32,000 nt of DNA from Candidatus Saccharimonadota bacterium (GCF_003351905.1 NZ_CP022339.1:300001-332000), one strand, 5' to 3'; positions 22,461 through 31,833 are shown, counted from the first letter of the stretch. Program-made: numbers and translations. The notes: generated by a model from the sequence alone, not told the origin.

Positions 22461-24842
22461 ATGAAAATATCCTTAAATTGGCTCAAGTCCTATATTGATT
22501 GCACAGGCTCTGATTTGGCCGCTCTTTTAACCCAGAGGGGATTAGAGGTAGCTAATAGCTACTCTACTATCCCAGGGGGATTAGAAGGGCTTGTTATAGG
22601 GGAGGTAGTATCCTGCCTCCCCCACCCCAATGCAGATAGGTTAAAACAAACCTTAGTGGATATTGGCTTGGATAGACCATACACTATTGTTTGTGGTGCG
22701 CCTAATGTAGCAGCCGGTCAAAAGGTAGTGGTTGCACCAGTAGGTACTACCATTTATCATTATGTAGACCAAGTCCCTTTTCAAATTAAAAAACCTAAAA
22801 TTAGGGGAGTGGTATCTGAAGGCATGATTTGTGCAGAAGATGAGATGGGAATCGGCCCAACACACGATGGCATTCTAGTACTGGAGACCACATTACCTGC
22901 CGGAACCCCTGCTAAGGACTACTTTAAAGATTTATTAGATGAAATTTTAGAAATTGAGATTACACCCAATAGAGCAGATGCCTGCTCACACCTAGGTATA
23001 GCTAGGGAGCTAAAAGCTATTTTACACCTGCCTATTACCCTGCCTTCTGTGGAAGCCTTTCATCCTGTACGATCTGATCTGCCCTTAAACATAGGCAACA
23101 TAGATGCTACGCTATGTCCACGCTATACGGGGCTATTGCTTACAAACATCTCTATTCAACCCTCCCCCGCATGGCTCCGTACCAGGTTATCGAATATTGG
23201 CATCAAACCTATTAATAACGTAGTAGACGTAACCAACTGTGTATTGCATGAGTTGGGGCAACCCCTACATGCTTTTGATTATGATACCATTATTGGTTCT
23301 TCCCTTATGGTTCAGCTATGCAGACCAGCTACCCTATTTACAGGACTGGATGGCATAGAAAGAAAACTGACTGGCCATGAGCTCATGATTTGCGATGAAG
23401 CAGGCCCTATAGCGATGGCTGGCGTGCTAGGGGGATACCGCACCCGTATCACAGATGCCACACAACATATTTTCATAGAAAGCGCCTATTTTAATCCAGC
23501 CGTTATACGCCGTGCTGCACAACACCATAGCCTTAAAACAGATGCTTCTTTTCGATTTGAACGTGGCACCGATCCCAACCTCCCTCTCTATGCCTTAAAA
23601 AGAGCAGTATGCTTATTACAAGCATTGAGCCCAGCTGCAGCAGCATGCCCAATCATAGAATATTACCCCACTCCATTGGCACACTTTACCATTCCTATCA
23701 CCTATGCAGCTATTAACCGATGCTTGGGAACCAAGCTTGACCCCACCCTTATTAAACAAATCATCCAAGATTTGGAAATAGACCTTGAAGCAGAAACCGA
23801 CCAGGGTTTTACGGCCAAAGTACCACCTTACCGGGTAGATGTCACCAGAAAAGCGGATCTAATTGAAGAAATTGCACGCATATATGGCTACGACCGCATA
23901 CCCAACCAACTATCGACTGCTTACCTCGCCCCTGAAAACAGCGTCGATACAGCCTATAAAATGGCAGAAGAAATCAGTAAAGTATTGGTAGCCAATGGTT
24001 ATTATGAAATATGCACCAATTCTTTAACCAAAGAGGCTTATGGTACCATTGTACCTACTCCCAAAGCAATCTCTATTCTTAACCCACTGAGTAGTTCCAC
24101 CCATATATTACGCCCTACATTGCTTTTTAGTGGACTAGAAGTCATCGCCTATAATCTGGCACGCCGTCAGTATGACTTAAAGCTATTTGAATTGGGTACC
24201 ATCTATAGCCAAGACCATGCATCATACAACGAAGAAAAAAGACTATCCCTTTGGCTTACTGGTCAAATAGAGTCACCCAACTGGGTACGTCAACTAGGGG
24301 CTGTCACCTTACCAAATTTGAGAGCAACAATCGAGCAACTGGTAGAAAAGTTAGGCATTATAAACCTATCCTATAAAGCCATCACGCACCCATTCTATAC
24401 ACAAGGCATTCAAGGAGTATATAAAGAAAGAGTGGTCATGACATTTGGTCAGCTCCAGCCTTCTATTATAGATTATGTTTCCCAACCTGTTTTCTTTGCA
24501 GATATCCGCTGGAGTCATCTGTTACAGCTCAGTAGATCGAACAAGGTGTATACGCCTATTTCTAAATTTCCCGCTGTTACAAGAGATTTATCTTTAATAG
24601 TAGATCAAACGGTTCCATTTCAAAAGATAAAAGATCTCATTCTAAAACAGGGGCACAAAACCATTCAAAAGATCGATCTTTTCGATGTATACCCACATTT
24701 ACCAGAGGATAAAAAATCTTATGCCATTCGTTTTACCCTACAGGATAGAGAAAAGACACTAGATGACAAAAGTATTGACCCAATCATGCATCAGCTGATT
24801 CAAACTTTTGAACGTGATTTAAATGGCATTATTAGAAGATAA
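22461..24842 (+). CDS. pheT: phenylalanine--tRNA ligase beta subunit
   Basis: 793 aa. N-terminus MKISLNWLKSYI, a tRNA-binding OB region (HPNADRLK...VCGAPN), B3/4 and B5 regions, and the FDVY...SYAIRFTLQ C-terminal anticodon-binding domain. Confidence 0.93.
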   Translation: MKISLNWLKSYIDCTGSDLAALLTQRGLEVANSYSTIPGGLEGLVIGEVVSCLPHPNADRLKQTLVDIGLDRPYTIVCGAPNVAAGQKVVVAPVGTTIYHYVDQVPFQIKKPKIRGVVSEGMICAEDEMGIGPTHDGILVLETTLPAGTPAKDYFKDLLDEILEIEITPNRADACSHLGIARELKAILHLPITLPSVEAFHPVRSDLPLNIGNIDATLCPRYTGLLLTNISIQPSPAWLRTRLSNIGIKPINNVVDVTNCVLHELGQPLHAFDYDTIIGSSLMVQLCRPATLFTGLDGIERKLTGHELMICDEAGPIAMAGVLGGYRTRITDATQHIFIESAYFNPAVIRRAAQHHSLKTDASFRFERGTDPNLPLYALKRAVCLLQALSPAAAACPIIEYYPTPLAHFTIPITYAAINRCLGTKLDPTLIKQIIQDLEIDLEAETDQGFTAKVPPYRVDVTRKADLIEEIARIYGYDRIPNQLSTAYLAPENSVDTAYKMAEEISKVLVANGYYEICTNSLTKEAYGTIVPTPKAISILNPLSSSTHILRPTLLFSGLEVIAYNLARRQYDLKLFELGTIYSQDHASYNEEKRLSLWLTGQIESPNWVRQLGAVTLPNLRATIEQLVEKLGIINLSYKAITHPFYTQGIQGVYKERVVMTFGQLQPSIIDYVSQPVFFADIRWSHLLQLSRSNKVYTPISKFPAVTRDLSLIVDQTVPFQKIKDLILKQGHKTIQKIDLFDVYPHLPEDKKSYAIRFTLQDREKTLDDKSIDPIMHQLIQTFERDLNGIIRR

Positions 24843-25101
24843 CCAACGCCTTATCATAGAGCGCTTTGAAAAAATGCTTATGGAGCTATTACAAGCCCAT
24901 ACTGACTACCAAAGACAAATCATTGCATTAACAGAAGAAAATAAAAGATTAAAGGCGCTATTAGAGGCATCAACAACAGACCTTAGTAGGTCCACTGCCC
25001 AAAACCATACAGTCCATTCATCTGACCCTCATTTAGTAGATCAAATTAATAAGTATATCCAGGAGATCGATCTCTGTTTAGCCTACTTTGAACAAGTATA
25101 A
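24823..25101 (+). CDS. small coiled-coil protein upstream of zapA (hypothetical, possibly division-associated)
   Basis: 92-aa ORF with heptad-like sequence (QRQIIALTEENKRLKALLE). It overlaps the pheT stop by 20 nt and ends 5 nt before zapA. Confidence 0.5.
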   Translation: MALLEDNQRLIIERFEKMLMELLQAHTDYQRQIIALTEENKRLKALLEASTTDLSRSTAQNHTVHSSDPHLVDQINKYIQEIDLCLAYFEQV

Positions 25102-25106
25102 AAAAG

Positions 25107-25406
25107 ATGGAAACACTCTCTATAAAAATTAAAATCAGTGACCGCATTTATCCGATGCAAGTGCAACCGGAGGACGAAACCTTTGTAAGAACGGCAAGTA
25201 AAATGTTAGCAGAACGGATTAGAGGGTATCAAAAAAAACTAGGTATACAAGATCAGCAAGATCTATTGGCTATGGTAGCATTTGATTGCCTGGTAGCCTA
25301 TTTAAGGGTGCAAGAAGCAGAGAAAACCCAAACGAACGCGTTGATACAAAAGATAGCAAGTTGGAGCGATGATATAGCCAAAAGCGGTTCGGCTGTGTCC
25401 ATTTAA
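25107..25406 (+). CDS. zapA: cell division protein ZapA
   Basis: LSIKIKISDRIYPMQVQPEDETFVRTASKMLAERIRGYQKK...QDLLAMVAFDCLV follows the ZapA pattern. Confidence 0.8.
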   Translation: METLSIKIKISDRIYPMQVQPEDETFVRTASKMLAERIRGYQKKLGIQDQQDLLAMVAFDCLVAYLRVQEAEKTQTNALIQKIASWSDDIAKSGSAVSI

Positions 25407-25419
25407 GTATGTAAATAAT

Positions 25420-25444
25420 GTGTGTGATTCGTATAGGTTGTTAC
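25420..25444. repeat. solo IS481-like terminal repeat (identical to 6801-6825)
   Basis: 25/25 identity with gtgtgtgattcgtataggttgttac. No transposase is adjacent. Confidence 0.6.
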
Positions 25445-25533
25445 GTGGCATCTGGCAGATAGAAAAACAGAAAGCGCCCCCTTCGGGGGCTTAAAAGGAA
25501 ACTGTTTTTCCAAATCATCTGTATGATGCCACT
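25445..25533. repeat. nested-palindrome repeat element, copy B (89 bp), between the convergent zapA and symporter-fusion genes
   Basis: Stems are gtggcatc/gatgccac, cagat/atctg, gaaaaacag/ctgtttttc, and a central gccccc-ttc-gggggc. It may act as a bidirectional terminator. Confidence 0.8.
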
Positions 25534-25535
25534 TG

Positions 25536-28500
25536 CTACACCGCGGCCTTTTGATGGTAGATCTCCAATGCCTGTTTAGCTGCTTGTGACAAGGCTTCTG
25601 CTATTTCACTACCCAAATATTGCTTGGCCAGCACCACATCTACAATCAGGGTTTCATAAGCCATATATTTTACCTCCTCTAATAGGGTATACCCAAAGGC
25701 ATGACGTAGGTCATACAACCGTTCGGCCAGTTTAATAAAAAGAACAGAAAGCTGTACGTGATCTTCTTTAATTGCTTCCTTTAATCGATTCTGAACATAA
25801 AGCAAAGAAGGATGATCTAAGGATTGGCGCTTATCTACCCCTACCACATTCAACACACAGGCATAGACCCCTAAATTATAATGTTCCTTAACATAAGAAA
25901 GCGGTAAACAAGTATGACGCACCAACTCATAAAGCAAAGCAGCATAAATTACCTTAGGTGAATGAAACGCCCATTCTATTACCAATTCGGCAATACCTAT
26001 CACACGTATATAAAACAATTGGCCAGAGGCATGGCGCTTCAAGCCAAAGTGTTGCCTGAGTAATAAAAGCAGATTGGAAATCATACCTACATCAATAGGA
26101 TCCACTTTACAAGAGGACCTACAGACATAATCATGGAACTGCATTAAGGCCATCATTGCATCTGCCTGTTCCTTAGGTGTAACAGGGGCTGCTGAAGTCA
26201 AGCAATCTATAGGTAGCCTAGCCATCATCTTATCACGAATTTCTGTGACATCAATAGGCAGTACCAGTAACATAGTGCATGGCTTACCATCAGCAGGATA
26301 TTCTACATATCCATAGTGGGCATAAACTATACTGGCTATAGTCTCTTGCTGTAAATCGATAGATGGGCGCACTGCCTGCTTCCCTTCTGACCCCATAGTG
26401 CCTACTTGATCACTATACAAAGGCTTTACCTTCGGCAACGCCTCAGAAGAAATGGAAACATTACGTACTACCCACCCAATAGCCTGAAAAAGCATCCAAT
26501 CAGGCACGCTACTATCTATAGCATCTGCGCGTTTAAATTGCAAAGCCGTGGCATGCAATTGAATGCTTACAATCGGTGAGATAGAGCCATCTAACCTACC
26601 ACTCACCCGTAAAACTGCCTGTACCAATGAATAGACTACTTGATGGACATCACATACCATATGGGAAGCTAACACACCACTAGGATCGACCGTTTGTTCT
26701 ACCAATAACCTAGGCGGATCAGCTACCTCCTGGGACAGGGTAGACTCTAGTTTGTTAATCAATTGGTCTAAACTAATCTTATCAGGCTGTAACAAGGCAT
26801 GCGCTTTGGCTTGCTCCTTCTTACTGAAATAAGCCACCCAATCATAGAGCTTATTGATAATACTCTGGAAGTCTTGCTTACAAAGGGGCATATTGCTATC
26901 TAAAAAGGAGATAGCTTCCTCCATTTTATGGACTGCTTTTCCTAAAATAGATCCATATCTCCTAGATAGACCCAAACCAATAGGAGAGGCCATAGCTGCG
27001 TCATAAAGTGCTTCTTTGTGTTTTTGGGATGCACGCATTTGTGCGCTATCTTTTAAATAACCTACTTGGTCAAAGCAAGCGTTGATTTTACCTTTCAGGT
27101 AAATAAAAATACCCAAAATAAGTAACCCAAATCCCAAACAAAGCAGCAACAACAACGCTACACCTAAGGGCGATAGCATCAATAGGAATGGCTTGGTACA
27201 ATATATAGCGCTACAATAGATTGTCATACACAACGTAACCATTACAAAGCTAACACCCAGATATAAAGGAAACACCAACAAGGTAACCGCCAAGTGGGCC
27301 AAAGACAAACCTACATTCAACAAAAGTGGGGTACCCTGCCACCAATGCCAAATTGCATTGATAGGCAAGCAAAAAGATAAGCCTATAACCCAGATCAAAC
27401 CCAATAACCAACCGGGCATAGATTTTGGTATTGCTGGCAGAAATGTTTTATACCCTAAAAAGCAAGCGCCTACTAAAAGTTGTGCCATAAGCCAACCACC
27501 ATGATCCATAATAGAGGCTATACAATAGACCAATAAATTAGTGAGGACTATATAAATCCCCGTATAGGTCAATGCAACATGGCTGGGTTGAAGCTTCGCC
27601 AAGGTAGCTTTGATATCTATCAAACCATTTTTAATGGCTTCTTTTTGCGCGCGCTGCTTACGCACATGTACTTGTTTCATTTGTATACATGTACGATCTG
27701 GGCCTATCCAACCTGTATTTTCCGGCTGCTTGAATAGATAGTGGGCCACCATCATGGCTAGACCATTGGCTACCATACAAATAAAAGAACCATTGATAGC
27801 CGTTTTGGGTTCAATCCACTGATTCCAAGCTAGAATAGATACGATGCCTGTACCCATACCAATCAAAGCGGTACGAGCAGTACCCCGAAAGCCCAACACA
27901 GCCAAGATAAAAGGAGCGGTTGCAATGGGAAGCGAAAAATCTAAACTTAATTTGAGCAAATTCAATAGATCATTGCAATAAAAAGTCAATACCATAGCCA
28001 ATACACCTATGCCTATACTCGTCCACATGGCCAACCGGAGCTGGTGCGCATAAGGTGCTTTCTCTGGACCTCGTATACTCTGCAACATATCATGACTAAT
28101 CATCACTGCACAAGCGTTTAGCTTAGAATCAGCTGTGGACATCGCCATAGCCAACAAACTGATACAAACCATGCCTTTAAAAACAGGAGGAACATGCGCC
28201 ATGATATACCCCCAAATAGCCGTCACGGGTAAGTCTGGTGCAGCTACAAAAACAAATAGGCCAATGAGCATGATCAATAAGGTGATGACAAAGCTGAAAA
28301 TTGTGGCATATAAAAACACCTTGCCAGCTTGCATCGTACTAGAAGACATATAGACGCGCTGTAGAGTTGGAGGCTCTATGTAACCCATTAAAAAACTTAA
28401 CAAAAGCAAACACATCGCCACTAGATTCATATCAAAATGCAATACTGTACGCAATTGAAATTTTTCCTGGCTTTGTAAAAAAGGAATGATTTCTGTAACG

Positions 28501-29117
28501 GATTTACCGGTGCTTTTAAGCATAAACCATGCTAAAATAGGAATAATGATGGCAAAAGTGATAAATTGTAATACATCTGTAAAAGCAACTGCACGAATGC
28601 CTCCAAAACTAGAATAACCTATCAAGATTACAGTCACCACAACCGTAATCGCTTTGGGATGCACGGAATCTAAACAGAGACTAATGGCCAAGGACATGGC
28701 ACTGATTTGCATCGCAATCGTAGCAATCGCATCGCAAATACCAGATAACGCTGTAATGATTCGGGCATATTTTCCATATACGCTACCCATCGTTTCTGGC
28801 ATAGAAAGATGACCCATAAACCGACCCATGTATAAGGCCAACTTACTGATAATATAGAGATCAAACCCAGCCAAAAGATCCAAGATGATCCAATAAAGGC
28901 CAAGTTGATGCACCTGCTGTACATTGCGCATCAAACCTCCTTCTCCATAAGCAGTAGCCAATACAGTGGCCACCAAAGTAGCGGTAGCAAACTGCCTATT
29001 GCCTACAGCATATTGCTGAAGGGAAGTAATCTTTCGACTAAAATAAATACCAACCACTAAAGTCAATAATAGAAAAGAAACCACCATAAAAAGGGGTATA
29101 TCTAAAAAAGATGCCAT
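25536..29117 (-). CDS. sodium:solute symporter (SSF) fused to additional TM helices, a degenerate histidine-kinase-like region and a degenerate RelA/SpoT-type HD domain
   Basis: Uninterrupted 1198-aa ORF. The ATG at 29117 is preferred over the TTG at 29132. There is an SSF core (GGIRAVAFTDVLQF and others), a second hydrophobic block, then cytoplasmic motifs described in the findings. Confidence 0.8.
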   Translation of the reverse strand: MASFLDIPLFMVVSFLLLTLVVGIYFSRKITSLQQYAVGNRQFATATLVATVLATAYGEGGLMRNVQQVHQLGLYWIILDLLAGFDLYIISKLALYMGRFMGHLSMPETMGSVYGKYARIITALSGICDAIATIAMQISAMSLAISLCLDSVHPKAITVVVTVILIGYSSFGGIRAVAFTDVLQFITFAIIIPILAWFMLKSTGKSVTEIIPFLQSQEKFQLRTVLHFDMNLVAMCLLLLSFLMGYIEPPTLQRVYMSSSTMQAGKVFLYATIFSFVITLLIMLIGLFVFVAAPDLPVTAIWGYIMAHVPPVFKGMVCISLLAMAMSTADSKLNACAVMISHDMLQSIRGPEKAPYAHQLRLAMWTSIGIGVLAMVLTFYCNDLLNLLKLSLDFSLPIATAPFILAVLGFRGTARTALIGMGTGIVSILAWNQWIEPKTAINGSFICMVANGLAMMVAHYLFKQPENTGWIGPDRTCIQMKQVHVRKQRAQKEAIKNGLIDIKATLAKLQPSHVALTYTGIYIVLTNLLVYCIASIMDHGGWLMAQLLVGACFLGYKTFLPAIPKSMPGWLLGLIWVIGLSFCLPINAIWHWWQGTPLLLNVGLSLAHLAVTLLVFPLYLGVSFVMVTLCMTIYCSAIYCTKPFLLMLSPLGVALLLLLCLGFGLLILGIFIYLKGKINACFDQVGYLKDSAQMRASQKHKEALYDAAMASPIGLGLSRRYGSILGKAVHKMEEAISFLDSNMPLCKQDFQSIINKLYDWVAYFSKKEQAKAHALLQPDKISLDQLINKLESTLSQEVADPPRLLVEQTVDPSGVLASHMVCDVHQVVYSLVQAVLRVSGRLDGSISPIVSIQLHATALQFKRADAIDSSVPDWMLFQAIGWVVRNVSISSEALPKVKPLYSDQVGTMGSEGKQAVRPSIDLQQETIASIVYAHYGYVEYPADGKPCTMLLVLPIDVTEIRDKMMARLPIDCLTSAAPVTPKEQADAMMALMQFHDYVCRSSCKVDPIDVGMISNLLLLLRQHFGLKRHASGQLFYIRVIGIAELVIEWAFHSPKVIYAALLYELVRHTCLPLSYVKEHYNLGVYACVLNVVGVDKRQSLDHPSLLYVQNRLKEAIKEDHVQLSVLFIKLAERLYDLRHAFGYTLLEEVKYMAYETLIVDVVLAKQYLGSEIAEALSQAAKQALEIYHQKAAV

Positions 29118-29137
29118 AGCTAAATACGTCAATTAAT

Positions 29138-29210
29138 TACAAATTAGTACACTGAAATAAGTTATATACAAATTATAAGTACTAATTTGTACCCATGCAA
29201 AAATTTGTAC
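29138..29210. promoter_or_regulatory. cluster of four TACAAATT-type half-sites (two direct, two inverted) upstream of the symporter-fusion gene
   Basis: tacaaattagtac at 29138-29150; tacaaatta at 29167-29175, facing taatttgta at 29183-29191 (perfect 9-bp palindrome arms, 7-nt spacer); aaatttgtac at 29201-29210. Confidence 0.45.
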
Positions 29211-29604
29211 ATTTTTGATAAAAAATGAAATAAATAATTCTTTTATGTAATATTATATCTAACATATGGCATAAAAAATGTCTATTAATGGCCTAATAAA
29301 AGGATATTGATACAGGTTAATAAAAAAATACCGATTCGATTTTGTATGCAACATTACACAACCATTTCATTATGGCTTTTTATAAAAAGTTTCGATTCAT
29401 GCTTAGTTTTTTTTAGCTTTGGATTCAAGTACCGAATAGGGATATAGATAAAATATTTTGGTTGGTTTGTAGGGCGTGTGGTTCACACGCAAAACAGATA
29501 TAAGCCTTCCGTTGGGCACAGCAGATACGAACTTAAAGCAAAAGCGTAAATACAGATAGCGCATGTGGCCATTGGTAGGCCACGCGCAAGTAGACATAGC
29601 AGTA

Positions 29605-30342
29605 ATGGAACTCAATCAATTTAAAATTAAGCATATAGGCTCTACCATGCTTACACCTAGTGTAGCACAGCTAACCTTTATACGTTCTGATCAACTGCCT
29701 TTTGGATTTATACCGGGCCAATTTATTACCTTTTTGTTGCCACATGCGTCTGGTAAAACCATACCGCGTAGCTATAGCCTAGCCAATAGTCCAGGGGATA
29801 AATTAGACATTGCCATTGCACCTGTTGCGGGTGGATTCGCTACGAGCATCCTTTTTAATTTAAAAATCGGGGATGAGTTGCACTGTGTGGGGCCTAAAGG
29901 TAGGCTCATCCTGCAAACAGTAGAAGGTCCCTCCCAGTATATATTGGTAGCGACTGGAACAGGTGTAGCCCCCTATCGTTCTATGTTGCCTGCCATTGCC
30001 CAACGACTAGAAGCAGATGCCAAGCTAAAGGTAACGTTACTATTGGGTGTACGTTATGCCAACGACCTACTCTATGCGGAAGATTTTATTGCTTTTGCGC
30101 AAAAATATGAAAGGTTTCATTTTCGTGGCTATCTGAGTAGAGCAGATGTATTGACCGCACCTTATCACTATGCTGGATATGTGCAATCGGCCTTTGAAGC
30201 GCTTAACTTAAACCCCATGACTGATTTGGTATACCTCTGCGGTAACCCATATATGATTGATGATAGCATTGAAAAATTGCAAACAATGGGGTTTAACCCA
30301 CAACGCATCAAACGTGAAAAATATATCTCTCGTGGCGTGTAA
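29605..30342 (+). CDS. ferredoxin-NADP reductase-like FAD/NAD(P)-binding oxidoreductase
   Basis: RSYSLAN (RxYS FAD motif) and GTGVAPYRSM (NAD(P)-binding GTGxAP). The C-terminus is LCGNPYMIDD. The ATG at 29605 is preferred over the ORF start at 29563. Confidence 0.8.
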   Translation: MELNQFKIKHIGSTMLTPSVAQLTFIRSDQLPFGFIPGQFITFLLPHASGKTIPRSYSLANSPGDKLDIAIAPVAGGFATSILFNLKIGDELHCVGPKGRLILQTVEGPSQYILVATGTGVAPYRSMLPAIAQRLEADAKLKVTLLLGVRYANDLLYAEDFIAFAQKYERFHFRGYLSRADVLTAPYHYAGYVQSAFEALNLNPMTDLVYLCGNPYMIDDSIEKLQTMGFNPQRIKREKYISRGV

Positions 30343-30395
30343 AAAAATAGCATCTATTCCATCTGTAGGTTGAGGACCCCTAAAATTATAGTACC

Positions 30396-31025
30396 GTGTT
30401 GCGTTTTAGATTTTTAAAAGTTTCAGTAACGATCGATCTGAGTTATTGGATCTTTTTATTGTTGGTAATGGGTAGTATAGGCGGACGATATACTGAAAGC
30501 TTACTATGGTCTAGTATCTTTACTTTTAGTATACTTATACATGAATATGGCCATGCATTAACTGCTCTTTTTTTTGGTGCGACACCTACTGTTGTACTGC
30601 AAGCTTTGGGTGGAAGAACCATCTTTAATGAATCACAGCTAACGGACAAACAAAAATTTTTCATTACCCTTGCAGGACCGCTGTTTCAAGGATTACTGAC
30701 ATTAGTGGCTTATCTATTGCTGCAATGTAATATGGTAAGTGGCTACTTATTGAACTATTTGCTCTCCGTGACGATGTATATCAATAGTAGATGGTTGTTA
30801 TTGAATTTAATACCTATTGCACCACTGGATGGTGGCTGGCTGGTGCGTTATATTCTAGAAAAAAAATTTGGTCATAAAGGGTATGTAGCTAGTCTGATCA
30901 TCGGGCTGACCGCTGCTGCTATTGCGATTCCTTGCTTTTACCTTCAAGGATACCATTGGTTCTTTATCATGCAGCTCTTTATATGTGGATGGCATTACTG
31001 TAAACGCTTGGAACAAGAATGGTAA
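30396..31025 (+). CDS. M50-family (site-2 protease-like) membrane metallopeptidase
   Basis: HEYGHALTALFFGA (HEXXH in a TM helix) and NLIPIAPLDGG (the NxxPxxxLDG motif). The protein is polytopic and hydrophobic. GTG start. Confidence 0.8.
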   Translation: MLRFRFLKVSVTIDLSYWIFLLLVMGSIGGRYTESLLWSSIFTFSILIHEYGHALTALFFGATPTVVLQALGGRTIFNESQLTDKQKFFITLAGPLFQGLLTLVAYLLLQCNMVSGYLLNYLLSVTMYINSRWLLLNLIPIAPLDGGWLVRYILEKKFGHKGYVASLIIGLTAAAIAIPCFYLQGYHWFFIMQLFICGWHYCKRLEQEW

Positions 31026-31044
31026 CACGACAAAATCTGATCGT

Positions 31045-31794
31045 ATGAAATGGAAATTTGGTTTGTTGGACAAAGAACAGCTAGCAGTGATGGGGCTGGT
31101 GCTGATGGCAATGGCTTGCAAAAGAAAGGCACCTAGATATGAGCCAAAGCTTCCTGGAGGTCAAGAAAATATATCCAACTCCATAATGGAAGCAAGTTGG
31201 ACCCAGGGACCTCAAAGTAGACCCAAAGACGCGCAAGCAGTAGATGAGGATTGGTATACCAAATTGAAAATCACACCAGAGGGAAAAATGCTGTTAAAGC
31301 ATAGTAGGGATCAGGACCTCAAGCCCTTATATATAGCGCCAGATGAAGATCCAGATGCACAAAATGACTGGCATACACGCATAGAAGCCAGCCTAACGAC
31401 AGCAAACCATAAAGATAGCGGCCCATTGCGTAACCTGCCTGATGCATTACTGGTTAATTTTCCAAGAGCGCAAGGGGATGATCCTTGGGACAAACGTATA
31501 TTAATGGACATAGCCTCTATAACCATTAGCGCCAACCCAGTAGCCCCCAACTCGGAAAGACATACTTTTGCTTTAACCGCATTTGTAGCGGAGATGCCAA
31601 AAAATCGCGGTAAAAGGCTTTTAATTGTTTACGTAAAAAAGGATCAGGAATGGTATTTTTATAAAAATAATGATCCGCAAGCCGAGGATGCTACTTGCAA
31701 GCAGGATAGCAATAAAAAGCATCTTTCTACTATAAACGCGATGCGTTTCGCATCAGAGGCAGGTATCCTCTTTTTGTACCAAAAAATTAGATAG
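31045..31794 (+). CDS. hypothetical exported/lipoprotein-like protein with weak resemblance to the C-terminal half of USP-type deubiquitinases
   Basis: The ATG at 31045 gives MKWKFGLL...VMGLVLMAMAC (a signal-like sequence). The longer ORF-track start overlaps the M50 gene. The C-terminal pattern is FALTAFVAE...WYFYKNND...GILFLYQKI. Confidence 0.5.
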   Translation: MKWKFGLLDKEQLAVMGLVLMAMACKRKAPRYEPKLPGGQENISNSIMEASWTQGPQSRPKDAQAVDEDWYTKLKITPEGKMLLKHSRDQDLKPLYIAPDEDPDAQNDWHTRIEASLTTANHKDSGPLRNLPDALLVNFPRAQGDDPWDKRILMDIASITISANPVAPNSERHTFALTAFVAEMPKNRGKRLLIVYVKKDQEWYFYKNNDPQAEDATCKQDSNKKHLSTINAMRFASEAGILFLYQKIR

Positions 31795-31833
31795 TATCTG
31801 TTCACATTACTGGTTAATGATGAAGGTTATCCC

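Noticed and set aside
25407-25535. A 6S RNA (ssrS) downstream of zapA, as found in enterobacteria
   Set aside because: The 129-bp gap is fully accounted for by the IS481-type repeat plus the palindromic element. It is too short and lacks the 6S open-promoter-like architecture.
30922-31044. The N-terminal 41 codons of ORF 30922..31794
   Set aside because: They overlap the 3' end of the M50 peptidase gene in another frame. A signal-peptide-like N-terminus begins at the internal ATG at 31045.
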